This document shows positions 51,001 through 64,000 of a stretch of DNA of 64,000 nucleotides, in pieces. The stretch comes from Raja brachyura. Its lineage: Eukaryota. The stretch lies in assembly GCA_963514005.1 (NCBI GenBank), contig OY740799.1, positions 11,098,001 through 11,162,000 of the forward strand, written 5' to 3'. Every line of letters begins with the position of its first letter. Position 1 is the stretch's first letter. Under the pieces are notes generated by a model. The model did not search any database. It was not told the origin of the DNA and was given only the letters and a program-made list of their open reading frames with translations. Position numbers and translations under genes: made by a program.

Positions 51001-54000
51001 AAGTACCACTTTACCTCACTAATCCTGATGCACATTGGCAATAATTAGACTATAGGTGTGTTTGGTGTTGCAATATAAAATTGTACTGGCAGAGAACATT
51101 CTATTCCCTTATGAAGTTGAATACAAAATTTGAATATGAATATTCTAATCATTGAAAGATGACACATTTAGAGAGCTACTCTACCGCAACCCAGATTCAG
51201 TCCAAACTTCTGGTACTATCTGATGGGTGTTTGTATGTTTTTCTGTGAGTCCTTGTTTCTCCCAAGAGTTTCAGTCTACTCTCTCATCCCAAAGACCTGC
51301 AAGTTGGTAGATTAATTGATCCTATCAATTGACCCTAGTGTCTCGATGGGGAAGTTGATGGAAATTTGGGGATTGCTGTTGGATTAGAATTAGTGGGTGT
51401 TTGATGTTCAGCATGGATTTGGTAGGCTTCTTCTTACATATGGCGTGCACAGCCTAAAGTTGTAAGACAACTTGTTCCGTTTGATCTTCACGCCAGGTTG
51501 ATTGCATTAGTCGAAACAGTGTGGACCATGTGAAGGTTGCAATCTACCATCCCATTGGGTAGGCTGAAGGGCCTGTTTCCATGTTTTATAAGCATACTTG
51601 TACTTTTGCCTTTGGATCTATTATTTTCCATTTATGCATATGCTGGTTCTTCAGTAACATTTTTTCTGGGTGTGTTATTTTAAACCAAATCTTTAGATAT
51701 ATGGAGGAAAAGATTAATGAAGACAAATGTAGGTCCCTGACAGTCAGAAACGGGTGAATTTATAAAAGAATGACAGACCAGTTAAACAAGTACTTTGGTT
51801 CTTCACTAAGGAAGACCCAAACAATCTCCTAGAAATACTAGGGGACCGAAGATCTTGTGGGAGGGAAGATCTGAAGAGAATCCACATTAGTCAGGAAATG
51901 GTGTTAGATAAACTGTTGGGACTGAAGGCAGATACATCCACTGATGGTCTGCATCCCAGATTGTTCAAGGAGGTGGCTCTAGAAATCGTAGATGCATTGG
52001 TGATCATTTTCCAATGTCCTATAGACTCTGGACCAGTTCCTGTGGACTGGAGGGAGAGAGGAAAGGGGGAATTATAGACCAGTTAGCCGTACATTGGTAA
52101 TGGGGAAGATGCTTGAGTCAATTATTAAAGATGTAATAGCACATTTGGAAGCACTGATAGGATCGGTCAAAGTCAGCATGGATTTACGAAGGGGAAAATT
52201 ATGCTTGACTAATCTTCTGGAATTTTTTGAGGATGTAACAAGTAGAATGTATAAGGGAGAGACAGTGGACGTGGTGTATCTGGACTTTTTAAAAAGCCTT
52301 TGACAAGTCCGACTCAAGAGATAAGTGTGCAAAAGTAGAGCACATGGTATTGGCCGTAGGGTATTGACATGGATAGAGAACTGGTTGGGAGATGGGAAGC
52401 AAAGAGTAGGAATTAACAGTAGGAATGGCAGGCAGTGACTAGTGGGGTACCGCAAGGCTCAATGCTGGGACCCCAGTTATTTACAATATTAACAATTTAG
52501 ACGATGGAATTAAACGAACATCGCCAAGTTTGTGGATGACACAAAGCTGGGTGGCAGAGTGAGCTGCGAGGGGGATGCTATGAGGCTGCAGGGTGACTTG
52601 GATAAGTTGGTTGAGTGGGCAACTGCAAGGCAGTTGCAGTATAATGTGGATAAATATGAGGTTACCCACTTTGGTGGCAAGAACAGAAAGGCAGATTATT
52701 ATCTGAATGGTGTCAGATTAGGAAAAGGGGAGGTGCAATGAGATCTGGGTATACTTGTACATCAGTCTCTGTAAGTACGCATGCAGGTGCAGCAGGCAGT
52801 GAAGAAAGCTAATGGCATGTTGGCCTTCATTGTGAGAGGATTTGAGTTTAAGAGCAAGGAGGTCCTACTGTTAATCCTGACCAAATTGGAGAGGCTATGG
52901 CTTTAAAATGGGGTGAAAGCTTCAGGGCTGCTGGGAGATTTGGTCAATTTGGAATTGCTCCCTGCAGAACTGGGACAAGCTGCAGAATGGTGCCAGTGTG
53001 TCTAGAGCCTAGATACAAGTTGCAAGAAAAGAATAAGAACACCTGCAGGCCCTGTCAATTAAGTGCAATAGAATGAATAAAATGGATTGGATGGCTGCAA
53101 ACCAGACATACACCTTGTAAATAATGTTGCAGAGTTCTACTTTGCTGAGTGTTGATTGGATGAGGTATTGAGCCTTGCCTGGGTTTCTTGCAGATCAGGT
53201 TAAATTATTCCAATTTGGCTTCCTTGAGAACTTTCCCATGTTGGGGGAGTCCAGAACCAGGGGTCACAGTTTAAGAATAAGGGGCAGGCCATTTAGGACT
53301 GAGATGAGGAAAACCGTTTTGACCCAGAGTTGTGCATCTGTGGAATTCGCTGCCACAGAAGGCAGTGGAGGACAATTCACTGGATGATTTAAAGAGAAAG
53401 TTAGATTTAGCTCTTGGGGCTAACGGAATCAAGGGATATGGGGAGAAAAAGCAGGAATGGGGTACTGATTTTGGATGATCAACCATGACCATATTGATTG
53501 ACTAGCTCGAAGGACTGAATGGCCTACTGACCTATTTTCTCTTTCTTTGTTTAATATCTGACATTTTCATTTTGGGATATTAGCTCAATAAGCCAATGAT
53601 TTCCTGAATTAATTTTTGGATTATTGGTTAAAATAGGAAAAAAATCCTTTTGCAATTTAATCCCGAAGCACAAAATCAAAAAGGATACTTTACCCCATAG
53701 AAGTTTCTGTAATTGGCTTACACTATCTTTTGAATGCTTTTATTGCATATGGGGCAATTAAAAAAAGTAAGCCACTTGCGCACTGAAGCCTGGTGCTCCA
53801 TTAAGCTGTCTTCTTATCGAGTCCATACACAAGGTTAGACGTTGTTCACCCAGAGCTGGACAATCTTCTCGGTATCTGCATATAATGGTGTCTGTCTTGT
53901 CGCTTCTTGTGTGTGGTGGAAAGATTGGTGGAAACAGGGCCGCGATGTGAACACTCCTTCCTTGACCTCTCCATTAATAAGATCACGCTAATCTGATTGC

Positions 54001-55548
54001 AACCTAATTTCTATATCAGTGGCTGCTTTTCCTTTATCAAATATCTAACCACTTCTGCCTTCGAAATATTCAAACTTTGCTTCCACATATTTTCAATAAG
54101 AGTTCCAAAGGTTCTCAAATTAAAATGCAGTCATCCTGAATTGTAACTTGGTACAGTTGCAATTATGTAGAAACAAGGAACTGTTATTAGCTATGCCACA
54201 TATTCCAAGGTGACCTTGCAGCCAACAAATGCCAGTTGTACAACATCAGTGCTTTCATTGTTAAAACATCATCGCTACCACCAACAACCATCTCCATTCT
54301 GTGGGCAGAATGATAGGGGGGGAATCGGTTGTGAAGCTTTGAGCCCAGCTAATTCAAAAATGTAATTTATTTGGGGTATTTTTCCTTGTATTCTCTCCAT
54401 CACTAAGCCTGCTGCCAAAATCCGTCCCTGCCCCTTTCAGTGTAATGTACTTCCCTCCAATATCATTTGAAAGGCACAAAGAAAATGAATATTAGTCTTG
54501 TGTACATTTAAAAGCATAATTCATAAATATGTAAGTAATGTGCATCCACTTTACAGTTTCTGGTTGTTTTGTTCTCACCTGTATAGAGAAGTTTGCATGT
54601 TTAAAACTTCCCTGGCAAAGCCTCATTTATTGCTGATCTCAGGTTAACATTGCAAGGTATGGACTTTACTAGCAAATCCTCATTGCCAATCTCAAATTGG
54701 CATTGCAAGAAAATAGGCCTGCATGTATTGTCATATCCCATTACATGTCATGCTAAGTGTGTTGTATGCTTTTTGAGTTGAAGTTTGGTGATATTCCCTT
54801 ATGCACCCAAGCCTCTCCCTATGAGCACTAACAAATGCTCTTTCATTTCGTTACTGACCTGTTTCTGCAAAGTTTACATGGGAAGGCGATAAGGAACAAC
54901 GGGGAGGGAAAGTGAGATTTAAAAAAATGAGTTTAGACCAGCTTGTACTTGTAGATTGGCAGTTCTGAAACTCCAGTACCCACGTCTCTTTTTCATCTAA
55001 ATGAGACATGTCTTGTTGCTTCAGGGGACAATTGGAAAATCTAGACAATTGAGTTGGCTTGTTTAATTAATTGATGACAAATTGTAGATCTATTCTAGGA
55101 ATCATTAATTATTGCTTAATTCTTTGTGTCATTTTAATTCAATGGTACAGAAATATTGATAGAATGAACCATTATGTAGAATTGAGTAGAGGGCACTCAA
55201 AATGGCATCCTTGTGAAAGCTGTTACTTTACAGATAGAATTAACAGAAATTGACCAAATTTCAGGAAGTTGTTTAGCTGTTCAAGAACAAAGGGTTATTT
55301 TCTAAAAATAAAAGTGAGAATTGCATGAATTGAGCTGTTGGACTACAGCAGTAATGTAGAGTTGGAAATAATACTCAATCTAATATTTGTTTTTTGTAAT
55401 GGCTTTTCTTCTTGCAGTTAGACTTTTGTGGGGAGGAACCACTAAACCTCATGCAGATGCTCAGGAGGATTCCTGGAAAAAGATCCTTGCATATTTAGAA
55501 AAGCATCTTGTACATGAACACCCTGTTGTAATCCAGTCTAATCTGTAA
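38883..55548 (+). CDS. ACOT: Type-I acyl-CoA thioesterase (ACOT1-6/BAAT/ACNAT family), 10 coding exons, 438 aa, putatively peroxisomal
   Basis: Exons 38883-39081, 39628-39727, 42692-42882, 46698-46873, 47051-47170, 49824-49906, 50202-50295, 50670-50750, 50843-50984 and 55418-55548 join in frame (1317 nt). Motifs [58 protein letters not shown]-terminal SNL. The symbol is family-level only. Confidence 0.93.
39628..39727 (+). CDS. ACOT coding exon 2
   Basis: [18 protein letters not shown]; phase 1/2. Confidence 0.92.
39914..42277 (-). mobile_element. Second Tc1 copy (same family) in an ACOT intron, carrying two nested LINE fragments
   Basis: [17 protein letters not shown] and TIR end GGCACTG|TA; inserts at about 40164-40667 and 40851-41106. 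Confidence 0.9.
40164..40667 (-). mobile_element. Rex1-like LINE 3' end
   Basis: [30 protein letters not shown]; near-identical to the copy at 47843-48570. Confidence 0.88.
42692..42882 (+). CDS. ACOT coding exon 3
   Basis: ERFYMAPG...[12 protein letters not shown]; phase 2/1. Confidence 0.92.
45150..45698 (+). mobile_element. CR1 LINE 3' end
   Basis: [41 protein letters not shown]. Confidence 0.9.
46698..46873 (+). CDS. ACOT coding exon 4
   Basis: [37 protein letters not shown]; phase 1/0. Confidence 0.95.
47051..47170 (+). CDS. ACOT coding exon 5 (catalytic Ser)
   Basis: [17 protein letters not shown] (GxSxG); phase 0/0. Confidence 0.93.
47843..48570 (-). mobile_element. Rex1-like LINE 3' part
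   Basis: [23 protein letters not shown], with a gacaataaa and (tttgac)-type tail. Confidence 0.88.
49824..49906 (+). CDS. ACOT coding exon 6
   Basis: [11 protein letters not shown]; acceptor tttttcttcag, donor gtaagt; phase 0/2. Confidence 0.85.
50202..50295 (+). CDS. ACOT coding exon 7
   Basis: Open frame [16 protein letters not shown]...IVP; strong acceptor; phase 2/0. Confidence 0.82.
50670..50750 (+). CDS. ACOT coding exon 8 (catalytic Asp)
   Basis: [18 protein letters not shown]; phase 0/0. Confidence 0.92.
50843..50984 (+). CDS. ACOT coding exon 9 (catalytic His)
   Basis: [15 protein letters not shown]; phase 0/1. Confidence 0.94.
51700..53550 (+). mobile_element. Degraded CR1 LINE fragments
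   Basis: [31 protein letters not shown] and a CR1 3' end. Confidence 0.85.
55418..55548 (+). CDS. ACOT coding exon 10 (terminal)
   Basis: [28 protein letters not shown]...QSNL*; downstream AATAAA near 55940, 56053 and 56400. Confidence 0.93.
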
Positions 55549-57177
55549 TTTTCTGCAGAATTACCAATCGTGCCTTCAAAAGAAGCCACTTTGTTACCTG
55601 CCTGTTTTTTAGTACAGTTAATTAATACATAGGGTTGTATGATAATGCTGTGAAGGGGACGTTTCAAGCCTACAATCAAACATTTAAAAAAAAAGAGATA
55701 AGGATAAATGCATTAAAGATTTATGAATCTTTTTTTTTCCAGAAGGCTGTTGGTATTTGGCCATTGAGAATATTTGTTGCTAACTGTAATGCGATAACAC
55801 TATATTCTGTATTCTAGTATTTCTCTCTTTGCAATACCTGTTGCACATGTATATGGGTTGATTGTACTTGTGTATAGTATGATTTAAATGTATTGCACAT
55901 GAACAACGTTTTTCACTATTTCTCAGTACAAATGATCATAATAAACCAATATATTCATGGATCAGATCAAAATAATTTTGTTTCATTGGATGTTGCTCAG
56001 GAAAGTCCACATTTTTGAGATCATGGGTAAAGTGGCAAAGATCACTTCAGTGAATAAAGACTACGTGCCAGTAGTATTCCACAGGGATTGGTGCAATTCT
56101 TTTGCTTTCTATGAATTTTAAAAAAAGAATGATTTAGACTAAAATGTTGAAGCCATGATTATTCTGTAGATGACGGGAAAAATTGGTTGCATTGGAATAT
56201 GAGTGAGAATCCTGCAGTGGAACAGATACTCATGGTGCATTTAAAATGGTAAATGTTGTATAGCATATTTGCTGTTCTTAAGTAATATCGTGATATTACT
56301 ATTAATCTATTAAAGTAGGTGATTTGTCTTCCCAAAATGTATGTTTTCTTATGAGAATATCCAATGTAATTATCTCACATACTGTGGAATTATGCATTGA
56401 ATAAATTACTACTCTAAATCATATTCTTAAGTATTGTGCTTGTGCTCTGTTTTATGTGTAGTTATTGTAAAATCACTAACGCCATGGTTTTGAGGTATTG
56501 TTCAAAATAACTTAAACATTTTTGTGTGAAAAAGTTGCCACTCTTTCTCATCTTAAACCCATGCATTTGAGTTCTTGATTCCCATACACTGGGGAGTTCA
56601 AGTGGGCAGAAAGAGACAGAAGCATCTAGGAGGATGTTTCAGAAGCATGTATGAGGAAAGGGATCCTTACAACTCAGTAGGCCATGGTTTTGATTTAGAT
56701 TTGAGGTCTTGATCTTAAAGCATTTTTTCTCCTTGCCAAATCAAAGGCTGTGCTCTCACAACTTTTCCAGTGCCTCATCTGACATGTTTATTGTTGAAAG
56801 GTTGTTTTACAGTAGGCATTTGTTGGGGAGGGATCTTTGTTTTTTATGGTTCTTTAAGGTAACGCCTATTCTCTCACTTTAGTAACTTGATGATGACTTG
56901 ACGTTCAGCCTCTGGCTATAAACAAATGTCATATGCTATTGGAGTTTAACAGCAAGCTGGAGCGATGTGGGTTCTGCAGTGAATATATTGTGGTTTAAAT
57001 GGTTTCCCAAGTGTTGTGTAGATTGACTCCATTGAAGCAGGAGTTAGTGCATCAAGGGCAAGGAAAATTGAGAAGAGTTCAACCAATACCACAGCTGTGC
57101 TCTGTATTCAAAAGTAATTTCAAGGCCCAATTTACAGGAATGTTGCAGAATGGGCAAGTGGCCGATCTATAATGCAA

Positions 57178-57196
57178 TGCTGCCACCTAGTGCTGG
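57178..57196 (-). promoter_or_regulatory. CTCF-like motif
   Basis: The minus strand reads CAGCACTAGGTGGCAGCA, close to the CCAC(Y)AG(R)TGGC(R) core. Confidence 0.3.
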
Positions 57197-58329
57197 CAGA
57201 CTCTATTCTTGGATTTTAACCAGTCAATAAATTCAGTTTGAGCCACAAACTGTAAATGCTGTATTTCTGAACAAAAATAAAAGTGCTGGAGGAACTCGGT
57301 GGGTCAGTCAGCATTTTTGGACAGAATGGACAAAACAATGTTTTGGATCTGGATCCTCCTTTAGCCCATCTATCAATTACTGCCACAGATGCTTAACCCA
57401 CTAAGTTCCTCAGCGCTTTGTTTTTTGCTCAATAAATTCAGCTTCCCACTACATTCCTCACCTATGAGAGGAATTTGTTTTTTAGAAGGGAAGTGGTGGC
57501 TAAACGAGTTGATCAATGTGTAGGATTTTTTTTCACGACCAAGTTCATTTTTTACTATGTATTACACACTTAGTAAAGAATATTTAGGAGAGTTTCAAAA
57601 TATTTATTAAACTTGTAATGCAAAAAAGTATTTATGAATTGATAGCAATTTGTACACCACCCCTTCTCTGCCTCTAAATTCTCTACCACTGGTTCAGAGG
57701 TACGATAGATGTAGAATAACATTAATATTCTGATAATATGGGGCTCTTGGAGCCAACAGTTTTGCTGGACTATTGTTTTCCACTTGTATTAATTAATAAC
57801 CAAACATTTTCATTTTACTTAACATGTTACACGGTCGTATAATACATTTTACAGTAAACCAAATGAGTTTATGGAAAGCAGTAAATAAACAAGTACTCAG
57901 GACCATGGCTCCAACTACAAACCTTCTTACACTCTTGACATTCTTGTCATTTACATCCTGTGTTTCTGGTATCTAACATCATTCAGGGCTGAAGAATACC
58001 ATAACACTGGCACCAGCCATATACCCGACCCAGACTGTAACCCAGCCAAACTGGATCATCAGATCTGGTTGAAGAGTCTCCTTACACTCTGGACTCCCGA
58101 TTCTATGTAATGCAGATAATGTTCCCTTATCACTTGCATTAATGTCCAATTCTTATTCTGGAAACATGCATTATAGCAGAGCCACCTGTACTCTCACTTT
58201 GATTTCAGCCCAGGTCCCTTGGCTCTGGCTGGGCTAGGGAACAGGATCAGGCCATGCTGCCAACAATGTCTGTGTCAAACATAATATCAAGCTAAACTAA
58301 ACTCATCTGCCTGTAGATTACCTCTAACC

Positions 58330-59180
58330 TACAATTCAATACTGTTTATTGTCATTTGAACCTCACTGAGGTTCAAACGAAATTTAGTTTCTGCAGTCAT
58401 ACATACAAGAAAAGAACCAAGACACAACACAATTCACACAAACATCCATCACAGTGCATCTCCTCCTCACTGTGATGGAAGGCAAAGTCGTATCTCTCCC
58501 CTGCACTCCCCATTCTCCTCCCGATGTCAGTCAAAGCCCCTGGCGGGCGATGGTAAATAAGTCCCACGGTCATTAAGGCCACACCGGGCGATGCAAGGCT
58601 GCGCTCCGGGTCCTGATGTTAGAGCCCCCGGCGGGCACCAGCAAGTCCCGTGGCCATCAAAGCCACGCTGGGCGATGTAAGGCCCCTCTCCAGGTCGTCT
58701 TCAACCCCGCAACTCGAGCGGGAGAAGTTGCCGCCACGGGAGCTCTGAAAAGCGGTCTCCCACCAAAGACCCGCAAGCCCCCGGTGTTACCGTCCACCAG
58801 CCTGCAGCTGGAGCCTTCGAATCTCCGGGGTCGGGCAGCAGCAGTGCGTCACCACAGCTCCTCCCGTTCTAAACTCGGCCAGCTCCACGATGGTGTGTAG
58901 TCTGCAGCTCCGCGACTGGAGCCCCAGGTCCGGTTGGAGGCCGCTCCACGGTGCTAGGCCCCAACGGCAACGGAGACCCGACAGAGGAAAGGCCGGGTCC
59001 TCCTTACAGGGAAAAGATTTTAAAAGTTTCCCCCACCCCCACACACATATCCAGCTAAAAGAAAAACACTACACTTAACGAGACCAAAAAATAAATTAAA
59101 AAAATTTAAAAAGACAGACGGACTGCAGAGGCTGCTGTGACGAGAGGCCGCTGCGATGAGAGTCGCGCCGCCCACCGGAG
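58330..59180 (-). mobile_element. GC-rich non-autonomous retroelement (same family as 28130-28945)
   Basis: Shared 5' motif, internal repeats, ccttccatcacagtgaggag core and gacaataaa tail. Confidence 0.65.
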
Positions 59181-60639
59181 ATGGGACCGTTGTGGGAAAT
59201 TTTGAAATAGTTCAATGGAATAAACAAAACCACAGAAAAAAAACATTGTACTAGTTAATGCTGTGATACACATCTTCCACATAGACTGGCAGCTCCAGTT
59301 GGGTTAAAGTTGGAAACCAGCACCAACACAAACCACCACTGTCTGCACAGCTAATAATAATTCCCAATTATTGCTAAAGCACATATTTTTGCAGTTTTAC
59401 AAGTGCACACATTCATTCATTAGAACTGAGAGAAGATCACAAAGAAGGATAAATTTAAGATAGTCCCATTATTTAATTGATTTTTATATATTCTATTACG
59501 TTGAACATGGAACAGGCCCTACAGCGCACAGTCTATGTTGAACATGATGCCAAGATGCAGTAATCTCCTCTCCCTGTACATGAGCCAGAACCTTCCATTC
59601 CCTCCATATTCCTGTGTCAATCCAAAAGCCTCTTAAACACTGCTATCATATTTGCCTCCATCGTCACCCCTGGCAGCACGTTCCAGGCACCCACCATTCT
59701 CTGCAATATATTTAATCAGGTTTGTTGTATTCAATTGCTTTTCAATCATTTCTAATAATTTTTTTAAGACTTTGAAGAAGCTTAGCAATGTTTTAATAGA
59801 GTTTGAATGTTTGTGCAAGTTGAAGATATATGATCCTCATAACAGTCTGGACAGGTGGTTGTGTGAGATAAGCTAATTTGCCTATCAAAGTGATTTTGTG
59901 GGTGGTGTTTCCCATTACAAACAGAAAGGTCTTTAGTTGTGTTGGGCTTTGCTGTGTTCACCTGATGTCAGCTGACCTGAAGAGGTTCACATCTGGGGAT
60001 TTACTCCAAGAGTGTGTTCTGTGGGCAGTCAAATAGTCGCAGTAAGTTGGTCCCTGATAGGATTTATATTATATATTAGCCGATTTCACCATCGAGGAGC
60101 TCACAGTTTTGTGTTGAGTCTGATGTCGGGAAGCTCCAAAGTCACAGGAGGTTGGACCAGTCCTGACCCGGGGTTCGATCACCCGGCGCAGGGAGCTGAG
60201 ATCCCCTGATGCAGCAGCTTGATCGCCCCGACGCGGAGGGCTCGACTGCCGACTGCGGGAGAACAAAGAAGGGAAGAAGACTGAACTTTATTTTGCCTTC
60301 CATCACAGTGAGGAATGTGGGGGAGTCGCTGTGGCGGATGTTCATGCTAAAAATTTATTTTGGTGTCTTGTTGCTCTTTATTGGTATGACTGTATGGCAA
60401 ATCAATGTCCTTGTATGTTGCAAAACATACTTGGCTAATAAAGTACTATTATCATTATGAAAGGATTTGAATAGGTTGGGCACAGAGATAAAAGGACTAA
60501 AGGCGTGATAAGGATATAAGATTTATGAATTGTGAAGCCAAATGAATTTAGGTGGAAAGGGAGGGGGATGGGGCAAAATGGGTACATCCAGATGAGGCTC
60601 GGGGAAGAGGGGATAATCAGGGGGGTTGGTAAATTGTCT

Positions 60640-61745
60640 AAAATCGGAGTATTCAATGTTCATACCGTTGGGTTGTTGGCTACGAGGTGCTGTTCCTCCA
60701 ATTTGCGTAGTGGCCTCACTTTGGCAATGGAGGTGGCCCAGGACAGAAAGGTCAGTGTAGGAATGGAAAGAGGTGTTGAAATAGTTAGCAACTGGGAGAT
60801 CTGAGCCTTGGAAGACTGAGCTAAAAGCTTCGGTGACATGTTAGTAGAGGGAAATGGATTGGGACTGTAAAGGAAGATCTGGAGGGACTTTAGACCTTCA
60901 TGCTGGAGGGTGGAGGTGTAAAAGGACTGAATGTCCATGGTAAAGATGAGGCGATGGGAGCCTAGAAATTGAAAGTTAATGAAGAGTGAAGGGTGTGTAA
61001 GTGTCTCGGGTGTAGATTGAAGCGTTGAGGAGGGCGTGTGGAGTCCTCCTTCACATCCATCCATGGACCCCAGCAGTCCTTCCATGCAAGTCAGAGGTTT
61101 ACATGCACCTCCTCTAACCTCATCTGCTGCTCCTTTATATTGGCCATAATTTCACTGAACACTTGTGCTTGGTCCACCAAAGCCTTCTAGATCTCCTGGC
61201 TGCGAACAATTTAACTCCTCTTCCTATTCCCATGCAGATCTTTCTGTTCTAGGCCTCCTCCATTGCCAGTGAGGCTAAACTGGAGGAACAGCACCTCATG
61301 TTCCACTTGGGTAGCTTACAACCTAATGGTATGAACATTGCATTTTCCAATTTTAGTCAACTTTAAACCCGTCACTCCCTTCTCAATGCACCATCTACAC
61401 TCACACATATATCTCCCTTTCCACATATATTCCTTTCTCTAGCTTCACAATTTGCAATTCTTCCATCCTTATTTCACAAGGATTTTGTCTTTTCATCTCT
61501 GGCCTTTGTCCAACTACCCACATATCAAAAAACCAGCCTCACCTGTATCCACCCATCACTCGCTTGGCTTTGTCCTGCCCTTCCTATCTTCCAGCATTTT
61601 CGTCCCCCATTAGTTTGCAGAAGGATCCCAACCAGAACTTAGCCATGTTTTTCCAGAGTTGCTGCCTAACCCTGAGGTACCACCAAAATGTTGTCTCTTT
61701 CTTGAAGAAAACCAGCATCTGCAGTTCCTTATTTCTACATTTTTC
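60640..61745. mobile_element. Old rearranged Penelope remnant
   Basis: Minus-strand RT fragment FTMDIQSFYTS and KLEEQHL, plus-strand GIY-YIG remnant and a terminal-repeat fragment. Confidence 0.7.
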
Positions 61746-62103
61746 TGCTGCTTAATTACAGAAGACACCTTCCAACCGTTTGCTGTTTGAGAATGGACTG
61801 AGTAGTCAATAATAGTATTGAATTTGTCCTTTTAGAATTTGTCCATGCCTGTTTATGTCCTTTTTACAGGACACAACTAGATATGTTTCCACATGGTTAG
61901 GTAGATGTCATATTGTGACTGTGCTGTAGCAGCCTGGCTAAATATGAGCCAGTTCTAAAGCACATATTTTCACCACCACAGGCAGAAATGCTGATGACTT
62001 CCATGGACTTTGAGTGAACAGAGTTGGCTAAACACTAAATGCTGGAATAAGTCAGTGGGTCGGGCAGCATCTCTGGAGGAAGTGTAGAGTATCTCTTCAA
62101 AAG

Positions 62104-64000
62104 ATTGTACTGGTACCTAAAATGCCTCCCCAGCCTGTCTGAATGACTACCGTCCGGTGGCCCTCACCTCGGTAGTCATGAAATGCTTTGAGAGGTTGGT
62201 CAAGAAACACATCTGCGCCTTCCTCCCTCGCAACATGGACCCGCTACAATTCACATACCATCCGAACAGATCCATGGACGATGCGGTCTCCCAGGTTCTG
62301 CACACCGCTCTCTCTCATCTTGACAGACAGAAGGGGGCCTACATGAGGATGCTGTTCATAGACTTCAGTTCAGCCTTCAACATGATAGTCCCCACCAGAC
62401 TGGCCGAGAAACTGCTAGAATTGGGGCTCAACACCCCCCGTGTGCCTGGGTCCTGGACCTTCTCTCCAGCAGGCCCCAGGTAGTCAAAATGGGGGGAAAT
62501 ACATCAAAGTCCCTCACCCTGAGCACAGGATCCCCCCAGGGTTGCGTCCTCAGCCCCCTACTGTACTCCCTGTACACACATGACTGTGTGGCTAGGTTCA
62601 GCTCCATCTCGATAATCAAGTTTGCTGATGACACTGTGGTGGTGGGCCTGATCTCAGACAACGATGTGAAGGCCTACCGAGAGGAGGTGGCTGATCTGGC
62701 ACTCTGGTGTCAGGACAACAGCCTTCTCTTGAATATCAAAAAACGAAGGAGCTGATCATGGACTTTAGGAGGGCACAGTATCCCCATTGAAGATAAATGG
62801 GGATACTGTGGATTGGGTGAGCTGTTTTAAATACCTGGGAATCCATATCTCTGAGGATATGACATGGATATCACACGCTGCAGCACTCGTGAGTAAGGCA
62901 AGGCAGCGCCTTTACCACTCAGGCAATTGAAGAAATTCACAATGTCTCTGAGGATCCTCCAGTGCTTCTACTCAGTGGCTGTGGTTCTTGGTTCTTGGTT
63001 ACGTGGTCCTCCAAAAATATTCCAACTGGAATTTAAACTGGAGGTGGTGAAGGGAGGGGTTTAGCCAGAGAGGGTTATTAGGAAGAAAGTGACACTTTAA
63101 ATTTAGTTGCATCTGTCTGGGCAACCGTGGCTTGGTGGAGATTATTCCATGCTTTAATAGTGCGTGGAAAGAACGAATTACTGTACACATCTGTCTTTGA
63201 GGCTGGGACCACAAATTGGATCGAATGCCCTCGTCTGCTCCTAATTGGTTTGTGGTTGGTGTAGTTCTTGTGATCTATGTCTAGCTGACCATTTAACATT
63301 TTGTAAAAACAGGTCAAACGGTGAGCTTCACATCTGTCTTGGAGAGGGTTCCACCCCAGAGAATTCAGAAGTTTGGTGACACTCGCTTCTCTCTCATAGG
63401 TGTTAGTAACAAATTGAGCGGCCTGTCTTTGGACACGTTCAATGGATGAAATGTTTTTATCTGTGTATGGGTCCAAAGCTGCAACTGCGTAGTCTAGATG
63501 AGGTCTAACGAGGGTGAAATACAGCTTCTCCTTGACAGAAGCTGAACAATGATGGAAGTTGCGCCTCAGGAAGTTTAGGACACCTGTTGCTTTCACTGTT
63601 ACATGATGAGTCTGACCATTCCAACGTAGATCATTCTGCAATTTGATGCCAAGATACTTGGTTTGTTTGGATTTTTCAAGGGTGACACCAAGTATGTTGT
63701 AAGATGTGACGCCTGGATTCCTCTTTCTGGTGACGCGCATGGTTTCACATTTGGAAGGGTTGAACTGCATGCCCCATTGTTGTGACCACTCGACCATAGT
63801 AACGTGGAATGATAGTAACGACCATAGTATTGTGGAAAGCATCTTGTCCGGAAATATCACGATTAGGTTTGGGAACTGCTCTGCCCAGGACAAGAAGGCT
63901 CTGCAGAGAGTACTGCGTTCGGCCGAACGCACGATGGGAACTACACTCGCCCCCCTGCAGGAACTATACATCAGAAGGTGCAAGTCCAGAGCCAACAAGA
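62104..64000 (+). mobile_element. Rex1-like LINE interrupted by an antisense LINE
   Basis: [37 protein letters not shown]; resumes after about 63820. Confidence 0.85.
62985..63796 (-). mobile_element. LINE 3' part (family of 18581-19212)
   Basis: WGMQFNPSKC, KYLG, LVRPHLDYA, SFFPRTIKAWN and a (ccaagaa)n tail. Confidence 0.85.

Noticed and set aside
63078-63998. 306-aa ORF as a novel gene
   Set aside because: It is a chimera: the N-terminus is the antisense of the Rex1-like LINE and the rest is the RT C-terminus of a nested LINE.

Overview
Eukaryotic vertebrate genomic DNA, most likely a cartilaginous fish such as a skate or ray (inferred from its HE1-like SINEs, CR1 LINEs and Penelope terminal repeats). 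It is not prokaryotic, and I saw no CRISPR array, rRNA or true tRNA gene. Two spliced host genes can be assembled by hand from GT-AG sites with consistent phases. (1) A minus-strand Ig-superfamily gene with a leader exon (9594-9546), a germline-joined VJ-type exon (8229-7870) and a C1 exon (2466-2152), plus a possible short terminal exon; no transmembrane exon was found. (2) A plus-strand type-I acyl-CoA thioesterase (ACOT/BAAT family) with 10 coding exons (38883-55548, 438 aa, Ser-Asp-His triad, C-terminal SNL), with candidate non-coding first exons near 17.4 kb and 29.2 kb. The rest is densely nested transposon sequence: a DIRS tyrosine-recombinase remnant, a Gypsy element with pol inverted relative to its LTRs and PBS, Rex1/L2/CR1/RTE LINEs, Tc1 elements, Penelope elements with minimal hammerhead-ribozyme motifs, and a composite hAT-like non-autonomous element in two inverted copies. 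Family assignments are by motif recognition only; no database search was run.
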